Assembly (NCBI GenBank): GCA_030141605.1
Contig: JAQGDQ010000578.1
Coordinates: 72,508-136,507 of the forward strand
Origin: Tubiluchus corallicola
Taxonomy: Eukaryota; Animalia; Priapulida
DNA: 64,000 nt
Direction: 5' to 3'
A model generated the notes under the pieces. It saw only the letters and a list, made by a program, of their open reading frames with translations. It had not been told where the DNA came from and made no database searches. Shown in pieces: positions 13,726 to 64,000 of the stretch. The stretch's first letter is position 1; every line of letters begins with the position of its first letter. The position numbers and the translations under genes are program-made.

Positions 13726-14810
13726 AACAATAAGTACATTGTTTCCCCTCTATTTGCAGGCGTTCGTTTTCAAAATATAGCTATTTACGATAACAATATT
13801 ATACATAATGCCAATTTTGTACATACATACTCTACTAGTAGTGTTTCAGTTTGCCAACTTTTACATAACTTTTACATATATACATCAAAACCACAATTTT
13901 AACTTTCACAACACCTGTAAAGAATAAATTTAACATATATACATATTTTACACTATAATTTATATAACGATTTCATTTTAACGCAGTACATGTTTTTCTG
14001 TAAATATAATTTGAATTAATTTATAAAAAAAAATTCCGCACAACATCTCTAACAATATTTAAATATGCTTGGCATACATCTTTATCTCTTTTTAGATAAA
14101 TCTCGCTTATGTTGGCTGAGGGCAGAACTTGTCTTAAATTTATTCGAAATCTGTGGTCTACCAAATCAACTACCATTAGCATACAACTATCATAATAACA
14201 AAAATTAAAGATTAAAAAAATCGTACGTACAAACTACTGAATGACACGCTTATGGTAAACGTGTATAAATGTGCAACTTGGCTGCTTTAATTCATTAAAA
14301 AGAAATGTGCAACTCAGATGGCATAACTGTAAGTTTGTTAAACCAGTACAGTACCAGGTATGGTGACAATAATGTACATTGCTTACAGGAATAACCTGTC
14401 AAAAAGCAAAAGCAGGTGACATCTTGCAGTATCGGCTTAAATACAAGCATCAGTTACTTGGGACGACAGACAAACTTTTGCCTATGTTTTGGAGTTGAGT
14501 AATCTCATGGGTACCATATGTGTATGCACACAAAACTGTAAAAGACATAACACATATTCCGTTGAGTAACCGCCTTTGTTATTATTCCAAATTTATTTAA
14601 AATTAAGAAATAAAGTGTCGGAGCAATTATTACAAAAAAAACAAAGATTTACTGGTATATAGTCTTACTCGTGATACAGTTTTTGTGAGATTAGATTACT
14701 CTGTGCAAGCAAGTTTCGTGAAGTTCACTTGCTAAAATGTCGGTTTTAGTAAAGCTCCGACCACAAAATTTGATCATTCACAGCTCCATGCGTCCTAGTT
14801 GCTTTTAGTG

Positions 14811-51505
<36,695 letters not shown>

Positions 51506-51589
51506 TTTCTTGATTTTTTCACACACAAAAAGTTAAACATAACGTTGTGCGAGCTCTTTTTAAAAACAATTTCCTCCTAAAAGCAACCA

Positions 51590-51690
51590 GAGTGGTCGTA
51601 TATGTACGACTCAGTCGTAATGTAATGTACTATGTTGCGCGCGCAGGCGTGACGTCACGTATTGCGCCACACGTGCAAAATCTTACCATG
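51590..51690 (-). promoter_or_regulatory. CpG-rich proximal promoter of the RNF14-like gene
   Basis: GCGCGCGC, full CRE palindrome GTGACGTCAC and CACGTG E-box 100-180 bp upstream of the ATG. Confidence 0.55.
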
Positions 51691-53142
51691 GGTAGCGTTT
51701 CTATTAATAGCTTTGGAATGCAGGTAATTCAGGTACATCGTTGCCAGTACACAGAACTAGATCTAATGCTAGCGATCAGATGTTTAGTTGCTAAGAGAAA
51801 ATGGTTACTAATAAGGAAACTGATAAACCGTAAAATGTGTTTAATTATTAACAGCAATCGTCACAGCTCGGCTAGCTAACACAAGTAAATATCGCATAAC
51901 CGTCATACGAAAACAAAAGCGCTTAGTAGGGCGAATTTTTGTTCTAGTGTCAATCGATTATCGATCTTTGCTTTCGAATATTTTATTTCTGTCGCTAAAA
52001 GAAAAAGAAATAAGAATTTTTATCTACACAGTAGAAATTTTCCAACACAAGATGGCAGTGCGATGCAATGCAGGCCGAGTACCTTGTAGTGCTTTATAAT
52101 CGCAATGAATTATAGTGTTGCTTACATGTAAATTATAAATTATTAGCTAAAGGTGTAAATTACAAATGCTTAAAAATGTAAATGGCTACAATGTAAAAAT
52201 GTTTTGGCGCATAGCTTAGTAGTTGTGCTTTGAATCAGAAAATAGCGTTTATTACGGATTTTTTACGAATTTACTTTTGTTACTGCATATATATACGCGT
52301 ATAAATTGAGCATTATAGAAATGTATTGTATATGTATATAATTTAATATATGTAAATAAATATTATAATATATGTAATTTTTTATTAATAATACTATTAT
52401 TTTGTAAATAATGCATTGCATACCTCTAAAATATATCCATGGTGTGGTTAAAATTTGTAAAAGCTGAAATTTGTAATAATTCAACAACATGTGATAACTG
52501 AAACACCTAATGAGCAAATATCAAAAATGCATTAATATAAATTTTCCATCAAAACGTATAATTATATCATTTATTATTGAATGTCTATCGTACAACAAAT
52601 ACAGACTCATTCACAATTAAAATAGGCGAAAAGATATAAAAAAATAATATATAATTTATATATAAAAAGATAACTAAAACTAGCAAAAACTATAAACGTT
52701 TTAACAAGAGAGTTAATTTTTAGCTAAATAATTTGAAACACATTAATATTAAAAGTGGAGATTTCTAGACAAATGTAAAATTAATTGTACTACCATGAAG
52801 CTTTTCTGCACATTTTGCTTCATATAAGCTTTGAATCACAGTAATTGATTCGTATTGGTTATTTTGCTCACTGTTCAGAAAGTTACAATAGTTACCAGTT
52901 ACGAATTTTTAGTTAAGTTACCAATTATTAAATCATATTAACATCTTAAGTTTCACACAATCTTCCAAAACTAGTCATAGTAGCCAGTAATAATAATAAT
53001 TTACAATATACTTGATTAAAACATTTCCTGACTGTAACAATCTTCTTGCCAAATTAATTTTTGTCTGTTCCCAAAATACGTGAAACGGAAAAGCGTTAAC
53101 CCAAAGTACTGTAGTATTTGCATATTGTATTGCTCGCGGATA

Positions 53143-53705
<563 letters not shown>

Positions 53706-54799
53706 AGTTTATCGAGTATAATTCTACATTATTCGAGACAAATACACTATAACGCGTATAATTAATAACATTCGGTAAGCAGAAAAAATTATAGTCCAAA
53801 AAGATGTTACCAAAATGAAACATCGAGAACAACAAAGATAAAATAAATGCAATGTGCTACATAGCCAAGTACACCAATTCTATGTATTCTATGCCTATGT
53901 ATTGCAGTGATAAAAATACAATACTACAGATAACAAGTCTGTGAATAATCTCTAATCATTTATTAGTAGAAACTTTATGAATGATTAATTTTTTCGTGAC
54001 GAAAGACAGTGGCCTAGCTTCAAATAACGTTACTCAATGCGTAAATAACTTCAATACATCATAACGAATTCTAAACGTGTGTTCGTTTTCATATACATCA
54101 ATAATATTAGAAAAAATTACGTTCGTGAACCCTTTTCTAAGAGTATCGGTTTTCGGTTCAAGTGGTTAAGACGTGCTTTTCAATTTGGACAGCACCACAT
54201 TCACACAGTTTGCTTTCCGCTGCTTGGTGAAGAATGTTTTTTTCTGAATTTTTCTATGAACATCATTCCATGCGATAGACTTTCTATTTACAGTTTCTTT
54301 AGAGATGTGTACATTAATACATTTTAGCATTTACAAACGAATGCCAGAAACTTAGTCTAAACAGAATAAAGTCCGTTTAATTAGGTGTGCGGATGCGGAT
54401 GCGTTTTAGAGGCGCGGAATAGATAAAATCTGTTTATATTGCTTTCAACTGTTTAAACAGCCTGCGTATGCGTTATTCTTTTTAAATGGTGCACACAGTT
54501 TAGATTTATTAGACTATTTTTAATTCTCAGAAAAAGCTATCTACATTAAATGATACGAAATAATAATTACAAATGACACGCCAAAAAGCAAACTACTTAC
54601 AATAAGATGTTTCAATGTATGTTGAAATAAAATGTTGTAAGCACAACATTGATTGCACATAGTGATAGTGACATCATCTGCAACTATTTCCTAGTGATTT
54701 TTTCCTATTGGCTATTACGCAGTTTGTAAAGAATTGGAAAACGCACCCGCATCCGCATTCCTCATAAACGCACTTAACTTTAATATTTTGGTCGTTTAC

Positions 54800-55057
54800 A
54801 AAATTTGCGTCTAGATGGCGCTGGGACACGAAGCGGCGAAGTGCTATTCTGATCAAAAGCACGCCGTCACGGTTTGTCACGTGTCTGTCGGGCACGCGGT
54901 ACAGTTGTGTGTTGATGCTAGTAACATTCTGAACATTCAGTCTTAAGAGTGTTAAGTGTGCGTGCTGCGTCGATTTAATATCTTTTGCGTGCTCTGTAAA
55001 CTTCAAGACTGCGCCTATTGTTTGTGATTATGGGTTAGGATACAAACAGTTGCCAAG
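54800..55057 (+). promoter_or_regulatory. CpG-rich promoter/5' UTR of the EF-hand (MCC-like) gene
   Basis: Local CpG enrichment, AGATGGCG and TCACGTG motifs directly upstream of the ATG exon. Confidence 0.5.
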
Positions 55058-55206
55058 ATGGAAAACGACAACTCCAAATACCGGATATTATCTCCAGACT
55101 CCGGGAGCTCCTCGTCCGGGGGCAGGATGCTGATGAGCAGCGAAATAGACCGATTGAAAAAACTTTTCGACACATGTGACGCGGACGGAGATGGATTTAT
55201 TGACTG
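55058..55206 (+). CDS. MCC: First coding exon of an EF-hand protein, most similar to the MCC (mutated in colorectal cancers) long-isoform N-terminus
   Basis: MENDNSKYRILSPDSGSSSSGGRMLMSSEIDRLKKLFDTCDADGDGFID, AAGATGG start context, canonical EF loop DADGDGFID, TG|GTATGT donor. Resembles MCC RMRRLFQTCDGDGDGYIS as recalled; RASEF or Rab11-FIP3/4 are not excluded. No further exon recognised in the window. Confidence 0.6.
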
Positions 55207-56121
55207 GTATGTTTATTAAACTCTTGTAGACTTATAATTACACCCGCATGTACGCGATGATAAAACCAGTTTGCGCCCCCGGAGAATACGTGATATGTTT
55301 ACTAAGGCCTTGTGCAGTGATGTTTTTAATTTGGCTGGACTTAGGCATGCGTATTTTTACAATATGATACGATCAATAACCAATCAATAATCAATTATTC
55401 ATATATGAAGTATTTGTATTTGTAAATATATGAAGTACTTGCATTTGTAAAACTGAGCTTTAGTTTTTTTTAGAAAGGAGTATTTTGCTATAGGTTATGT
55501 CATTTTTCACCAACACCACCAGCGCCGCCGCCGCCGCCGCCACCACCACCACCACCACAATCACCACCATCACCAGCACCACCACCACCACCACAACCAC
55601 AACCACCACCGCCAACAACAACAACAACCATCACCACCACCAGCACCACAACCACAACAATAACCACCACCGCCGCCGCCTAGATATGAATTCCAAAAAG
55701 AAGCAGTCATGAGAAAAATATTTTGTAAAATGAACGCCCCACTGTCAAAACATTTTGTCACCTACATCTGATTAAAGCCTTGCAGTGATACTTTTGGGAT
55801 GCTGGACCGCCTGTTATTGGGAAATTCTCAACAATTAGTTGAAATATGCTTAAGAGAAGCCTTAATTCTAAAAACTTAATCAATTTTATCTGATGATGTT
55901 ATACACGTATATAGTTGCAAAACTGTAAATTTAATTTGGCCAAGTTTTATCAAGTTTGAGTAGAATGCTATTTAGATTCATACTAAAAGTAGGACTTCAT
56001 AAATTTTAACCCTAATTTTGCATAGCTTTGTTTACCACCAATTTTCGAAGAACCCTGGGGCTAATACTAGTTTAATGACGCGTCTCCATGCTTCACCTGT
56101 CTGCTTAGGAGGAGCATAAAT

Positions 56122-57011
<890 letters not shown>

Positions 57012-57289
57012 CTACTTAATTAGGTTGTTACTGCGTATAGCACGAAGTTCATTGTTACACACGGGGCAAGTTTGTGTTATCCTTCGTAACAAACCCGCCC
57101 TATTAAGATGATCATTAGTTGCGAATTAGAGAGGCAGAACCCTTGAGAGGCTTAAGAAAAACAAGACAAGAGGTTCTCATTGCGTCTACTCCTCATGAAG
57201 CACGTTGGCGATGGTTGCGTCACCACGGGGGGGGGGGGGCTGGCCTGCGTAGGCAAAGTTTCGCTAAATTGTATCATCAGTACTGCAGC

Positions 57290-57560
57290 GATAAAGTTTC
57301 AATTAAAAATTAATTCAATAAGCGCACGAATGCAATAATAAAACAAAAAGTCTCAAAAATTTTACACTTCAACAGGGAGTCGAACCCAGGATCTTCTGCT
57401 TCCCGGGCAGCTATGTCAACTGCAGGATTAAAGTTTCAATTAATAAATTAATTCAATAAACGCGCAAATGCAATAGTAAATTAAAGTCTCAAAAATTTTA
57501 CACTCTATCAGGGACTCGAACCCAAGATCTGCTTTCCAGACAACTATGTTAACTTCAGAG
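57290..57560 (-). mobile_element. Two tandem tRNA-derived SINE-like heads (about 137-bp unit)
   Basis: Pol III B-boxes GGTTCGACTCCC and GGTTCGAGTCCC on minus; no intact cloverleaf. A related head lies at 48688-48770 (+). Confidence 0.55.
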
Positions 57561-58545
57561 GTACTCTGTGTCTGTATAAATAGTTTATAGAAAACTTTCC
57601 TTCATAAGAAAATGTGTTGATAATTGAAGCCATTATCACGCACGCAAATTGAGAATGAAATACATTTCAGAACACTTTTTAAAAAAAATTGTTACATAGA
57701 TTGGCATAATCGAACAAAAAGTCTCAAATCATTGGAACCTTTGATTATTTCTCTTTCTGCGGGGTGATCCAAAAGAAACAGTACACGAATTGCCTTGTGC
57801 TTTTGATCAGCATATTAGCATGTTTCGTAGTTAGCAATGAGCAGTTGAGAAGTTAATGACAATTGCGGAACGTTTTGACAAAAGTTAAATGTGTGTGAGA
57901 GTTCAAGTTCTCATTTTCTGGAATTTTCCTAATTGTTTACTGTAGAACTCATACAGTGTAGGTGCTTGAGGATTTGTCTGGTGCAATGACTAACAACAAT
58001 GTCGGCTTATTATCCTCTAATAAAAGATAAGTCAGGATGGTTTATTGCCTGCGGTTTTGCTTATTGCCTCTGGTGTTTATCCTGGCAAACATGTAAAGGG
58101 TTAATGCAGCAGCCCGCCTTATTACAGTACGTACAGCATGTTTGCGAAATGTTTACATTTTTAATCTGCTTCGAAAAAATAATCCCTTCGAACACTTGTT
58201 CTTTGTGTTTCAAATCTGTAGTACCAATAACCTTGGTAAACTTTAATTTCGTCTTCTAGTTTGGTGCTGCAAGGCCGGGCACAAGTTGGGCAAAAATATT
58301 AGAACAAAATATCCCCTGTAGGATTCGTTAAAGGACAAGAAAGCCCTTTAATTATATAAAGCTAAAAATTCTTGAAATTTTGTATTGCTCACATGCTGTC
58401 TTAAGTAAAGTAAGTAAGTAAGTTTATTTTACGTGGAAATTTAATTACATACAAAGAACATTAGTATACAAGGGTATATTATTATATTATATATATGTTA
58501 TATATAATTGTTATAATTTTTAGTCGATTATATATATATATTACT

Positions 58546-58693
<148 letters not shown>

Positions 58694-61049
58694 ATATATG
58701 TATTAGTAATATATATATAATCGACTAAAAATTATAACAAATGTATATATATATACAGCTCTTAATTAAGCCTTTATTTATTGTTTTAGTTTGTGGTTGT
58801 TAGAATTTGTAGTCGATTATATATGTATATAATCGACTAAATATTATAACAAATACAAACTAAAACAATAATTAAAGGCTTAATTAAGACTTACAAGACT
58901 TGCTACGAAGCGCATCAGTATTTGTATTTTTTATATAATTTTTCTTTTCGTCATTATGAATTATATTCGATTTTTTATTAGGTTGGTAATGTTTCTTTCT
59001 TAACAAAACGCTGCTTTCTTTTTATTTGAAGCATTTGAGCTTAAGTAATGCAGTTTAGATATTGTCAAAAGTGGAAGTGGTAACTCAGCCTGAAATAAAT
59101 TACAGTGTTTAGAGTATTAGATTGATTAACGTATTTGACCTTTGACCTGGACCCCAAAATCCTGTGGAAAGCTTCGAATTTTTCTTAGTCTCCTAGGCGT
59201 ATATTTGTTTTTTAAATTCCTTCAGATCCTTTAGCGTTTGCTACATTTTGCGTGCTTGGTATCACTTATTTCAACAGTGTGAAATCGGCTAATGCAGAAA
59301 GCTCCAACTCTCCAGACACAACACTCTGATACACTTTCACCTCAAGTCTGTTCTACTTTTAAGGAGAAATTCCTATTAAAAGATGAAACGACCTTAATTT
59401 GTCGGTTTGTCTTTCCTGGTAGAGCAAGCAGACTTTCTGTGTACGATCCCGCAAGTGTACACCAGACTAAGCTACTCAAAAGGCTAAGTTGGGGTACCTG
59501 AAGTGCATGTTTTTCTTAATTTGATCCAATTAAATCGATTATAAATGCTTAAACAAATAGCATGATTAGATAGCCGAGATTCTCCTGAATTGAACAGTAC
59601 CTAATTTGTAATCATTTAGCTATGTCTGTGCTCATACAGTAGCAGAAAAGTCATGGGTCTTGTAAGACCTATTTTTGCGGTCCTGAAGGAGTTAATTTAT
59701 GTCACAACAAGGCAAGGTATGTGTTTGCGCTTGAAGATTTTGGTGATGTAGACTGTATAGATATGAAACTACAGAATGCAGTCACAGAAAGCCAGCCAGC
59801 ACTATGCTTCGCTTATTTACGGAAAGGAAACGCACAAATTTTTACCATATGCGTTCCAGACGTTTGCAAGATTTTGGTCCGTGAGTCATTAAAACCTTGG
59901 CATAACTGGCTGCAGTACATATTGTGAACACGTTTCAGTCTTGGAGACAAAACCTTAAACTGCACAGAACTGTATACTGCACTTCGTTTGATGCTGTACT
60001 CATTAAATGATGTACAAGATTTTATTTCAGAGGAAATTTCTAACAAAGTAGAGCTAAAAGCAACTGTTATATATATATATATATATATTGCTTTGTGTCA
60101 TTTTTGTGCCATGCTAAGTAATGCTATACTGTGCTAAGACATCTATGTTAAACCTTATGCTGTAGTATTAGCAAACTGATTGTTCATGTTACATACTAGT
60201 AGTGTGAGAATTTCGTGTTGTTAAAATGCTTCTTGCAAACACATGTATTATTGAATATTTAAATATCCCGTGGAATCACCTGGCTAACTATTTAGCAGCT
60301 AGCCGGGAGATATTAACATATATGTAATTTTTCATGGCCTGGTTCTGCTGTGTCCGTCCCTGTATCAGTCATTAAATCTGACTAGCTACATGTATGGGGA
60401 TTATTGCTGATTGCTGCTTCATCATTCTTAGATGATATGTATGCAATAAGATGCAACAAGAATCGAGATTCGTATTGATTCTAAGACATAATTAATTGCT
60501 GATTAGAAATTGTGCCTGACAAAATTTCTGCGAACTGCGTGTCGAACGGGTTAAAGTAATGTCTTAAGTCCGTTATAAGTTCGCGTTGAAAGTTTTTGGA
60601 ACTCACAAATGTGAGATAACTGACCAGAAAGTATACCGTAGTCAACAGTGTCTCGCGCCACACAGTCAGTGCTTGGTTAAATCTTGTAGCGTTAATAATG
60701 CAGTCCTTTATCTAAGATATAGCCCTTATAAGCTAGCAGCAGCCATATTGTCAGCCATTTCGAAACTTGCGGGCATATTGGATGAATTTCCATTGACTCC
60801 ATAATCAAAATTAATCACCTTAATTAACTCTAATGTGGAAAGTTTCAAGCTTTTGAATCGAAATTAGCATTTTTTTACCATCTTGGTAGACTAAATACCC
60901 ATTCATTTTGGTCAAATGGCGGCCATCTTTTTGATGTCATAATTACGCAATTTGCAGTGCCCAAATTTTGAATATGTTATTTTCTGGACCAAATACTACA
61001 GGAAAACACCTATAACGTTTTCCTTTTGCAATATTACTTACTTGCCATT

Positions 61050-61480
61050 GCACTATTAAAAGAGCTACAAATATGTAAAAATATAATAAAAATATATAGA
61101 GAATTGGAAACTACAACACATCAATTGCCCCAGAAGCACTATATGTAATCTTTTTATGTTAATACATTAAGTCATCAGTTTCACCTCCAAGCTTTAATGA
61201 CGCAGTACCTTTTTTACCTCTGGCTTTCCTTACCTGCACCATTTTACCTCTGCGTTTTTTCCTATACCTTTTCACCCCTGGCTTTTTTTACTTGCACCTT
61301 TTTTACATCTGGCTTTTTCCCTATACCTTTTTACCTCTGTTTTTTCTATACGTTTTTCTTACCTCTGGCTTTTTTCTTGCACCTTTTTTACCTCTACCTT
61401 TTTTCCTATATCTTTTTTACCCCTGGCTTTTTTACCTGCACCTTTTTTTACCTCTGGCCTTTCCCTATCTTGCACGAAAA
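61050..61480 (+). repeat. Dispersed repeat with pyrimidine-rich ~30-bp tandem tail; second direct copy at 63672-64000
   Basis: GCACTATTAAAAGAGCTACAAATATG...GACGCAGTACC followed by (CCTATACCTTTTTTACCTCTGGCTTTTT)n in both copies. Confidence 0.8.
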
Positions 61481-61729
61481 CAGCTAAAAACCAGCTTTTC
61501 CTTTTGCAATATTTTGTGGGGTATGTTAGCAAACTGACCTTACTAATCTGTTTCTGTCTTCGAATCAGCATTTTATGCAGTCAAGCTCGTAACATAAGCT
61601 TCGTCAAATTCTTGCTATCAAGCGAGTGTTTTGCATTCCGGATTATCATCTGTAAATAGGTTTGTAAGCGGATTGTTTTCTTTGCCAGCTTAAGTTCCTA
61701 TTTACTGTTTTAATGCAAGGTGAATAGAA

Positions 61730-61830
61730 TACCTGCGCGATCACAATGCAAGATTGCTCAAGTTAAGCATCGCCCGGTCTTACTAGTGAATGAATAAGTG
61801 ACTGCCGGGAGAACTGTTTTTGGCAGTTTC
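61730..61830 (+). mobile_element. Possible degenerate 5S rRNA-derived (SINE3-like) head
   Basis: AAGTTAAGCATCGCCCGGTCTTACTAGTGAATGAATAAGTGACTGCCGGGAGAAC loosely follows the 5S box A-IE-box C region. Confidence 0.3.
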
Positions 61831-62399
61831 GTCCGCCATACTGCTGTCTGCTACTTCTGTCATTGAGAAACAATATAAACAGATGTGAACGCCGCCTTAG
61901 ACACTTCTGCTTCTTTAATGTTCTTTGCTGCCTTCAAGAGAAAAGTCTTGGGTTGGTTGATAGTCCTTCTTATTTCTAATAGTAAGAGTTACAATTGGGT
62001 GTTGAATTGTTGAGAGTGGATTACTTAGTCTGCAGTCATGGTACAAATATATATACATATAAACTTTATTTATTTTGAGTGGATTTATAACACAGTAAGT
62101 ATTACTGATCACAGTATTTCCACTATGTACAAATATTTACTACAAATACATTCTTCGTAGTCTAAATTCTGCCAAGAAGCCTCTGCTTACGTGCCATTAC
62201 TTACTTTGTCCATGTTCATCATCTGTCATCGTCATGGCATCATCGTATGATCTTGATTGTCATTGTAGTCATCATCAACATGATTATTTTTGGTCATCAG
62301 TATCATTATCATCATCGTCCTCATCGTCATCATCCATCGTCGCCATCATCATCATTATCATCGTTCTCGTTGTCATAATCTTTCATTGTCATCGCCATC

Positions 62400-62780
<381 letters not shown>

Positions 62781-63049
62781 CCATCTTTTTTGTTGGGCCA
62801 ATTTCTCTCTGGCTAAATACTAGTATTGCAGCAGCCTACCAGCGCATTACAATCTCAAGTTAATGTGTAATAATGTCTCCTCTCTGCTGATGCTCTCTGG
62901 GCGAGCAGTGGAGTGTCATCGATAGCCACTTCCGATTGCGTCTTTAATATCAATTTTTATTACCGAGCTGATTCATGACGTGGCTGTCGTTTTGGCGGCG
63001 AGTAATTTCTAAAGTCAACAGATGGTAACTGCGGCTTTTGCGGTTATTA

Positions 63050-63580
63050 AAATGCTTTCTGCCCGGTCCATTGTTTGCCCGGGTTCCTGTAATAACATTG
63101 GCAGCTAAGTGAAAAGACTCAAGTCCGGAATTGACAGTTGGCCAATGGCAGACGCGCCGAATGTTTTGACAGAGGGTAATAAAAATACTCCATTCTTCTC
63201 CAGTCTCAGAGGACCAAACTGTAATTACTATCATCGTAGCATCATCTTTTTTATCATTGATCACTGCTGTCTGCGGTACAAAGAGTCTTGTTGTTCCAGA
63301 AAACAACATGTCTGGTTAACTCTTTACCTAAGCTGGTGTACGATAGCCACACACGAAATGTCGGGCGATTCTAGGTATACCATCGTACTGTAATTACAGG
63401 TGCTAAGATGTACAGGTTTATCATGGATAATGCCTGGAGCTGCCTTGACGATTGAGCATTTCAGGTGTCTTGCACACCTTTAAAATACTGATGTGGATGC
63501 ACGCCTCACGACTTGCCCTTTTTGCCATAGTTCGTTAATTTTAATGCACCGCTTCATGCTAATCCAGTCCAAACCTAATT
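63050..63580 (-). mobile_element. Possible highly decayed Gypsy pol (protease-RT junction) remnant
   Basis: Scattered minus-strand peptides LGLDWI, RLEKNGV and PTVNSGLE in the expected order; many stops and frameshifts. Confidence 0.3.
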
Positions 63581-64000
63581 ACGTGTTTTTTATTAAATTT
63601 TGTTTCAGCACATAGAAAATGCTATAGAAACTTAAAAATTTACACTAAAAATAAAAGAATACTACATGAAAGCACTATTAAAAGAGCTACAAATATGCGA
63701 AAAATAAAATAAAAATATAGAGAATTTAAAACTGCAACACATCAGTTGCCCCAGAAGCACTATATGTAATCTTTTTATGTTAATACATAAAGTCACCAGT
63801 TTCACCTCCAAGCTTTAATGACGCAGTACCTTTTTTACCTCTGGCTTTTTTCCTATACCTTTTTTACCTCTGCTTTTCTTCCTATACCTTTTTACCTCTG
63901 GCTTTTTCCCTATACCTTTTTTACCTCTGCTTTTTTTCCTTACCTTTTTTACCTCTGGCTTTTTCCCTATACCTTTTTTACCTCTGCTTTTCTTCCTATA

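Noticed and set aside
57365-57425. Functional tRNA gene
   Set aside because: B-box only; no convincing acceptor or D stem, and the unit is tandemly duplicated and diverged

Overview
AT-rich, repeat-dense eukaryotic (invertebrate-like metazoan) genomic DNA, not prokaryotic; most ORF-track entries are microsatellite artefacts. The main feature is a 14-exon minus-strand gene (ATG 51505 to stop 14811, 551 aa by manual splicing, all introns GT-AG with consistent phases). It encodes an RWD + RING1-IBR-RING2 (RBR) E3 ligase of the RNF14/ARA54 family with an extra C-terminal RING2-like zinc module that lacks the catalytic Cys. Nested antisense in its intron 4 is an intronless 326-aa ABCG2-like ORF that has lost most of its ATPase domain and its third extracellular loop but keeps an open frame. 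A divergently transcribed EF-hand gene (MCC-like) begins at 55058. The rest is non-autonomous DNA transposons (piggyBac-, hAT-, pogo-, Harbinger- and Kolobok/Crypton-like), LINE/Penelope/SINE remnants, minisatellites (two built from the gene's own splice sites), a near-perfect ~100-bp-arm hairpin, and a set of oppositely oriented repeat pairs around the IBR exons. Family assignments come from motif recognition by eye; no database search was run.
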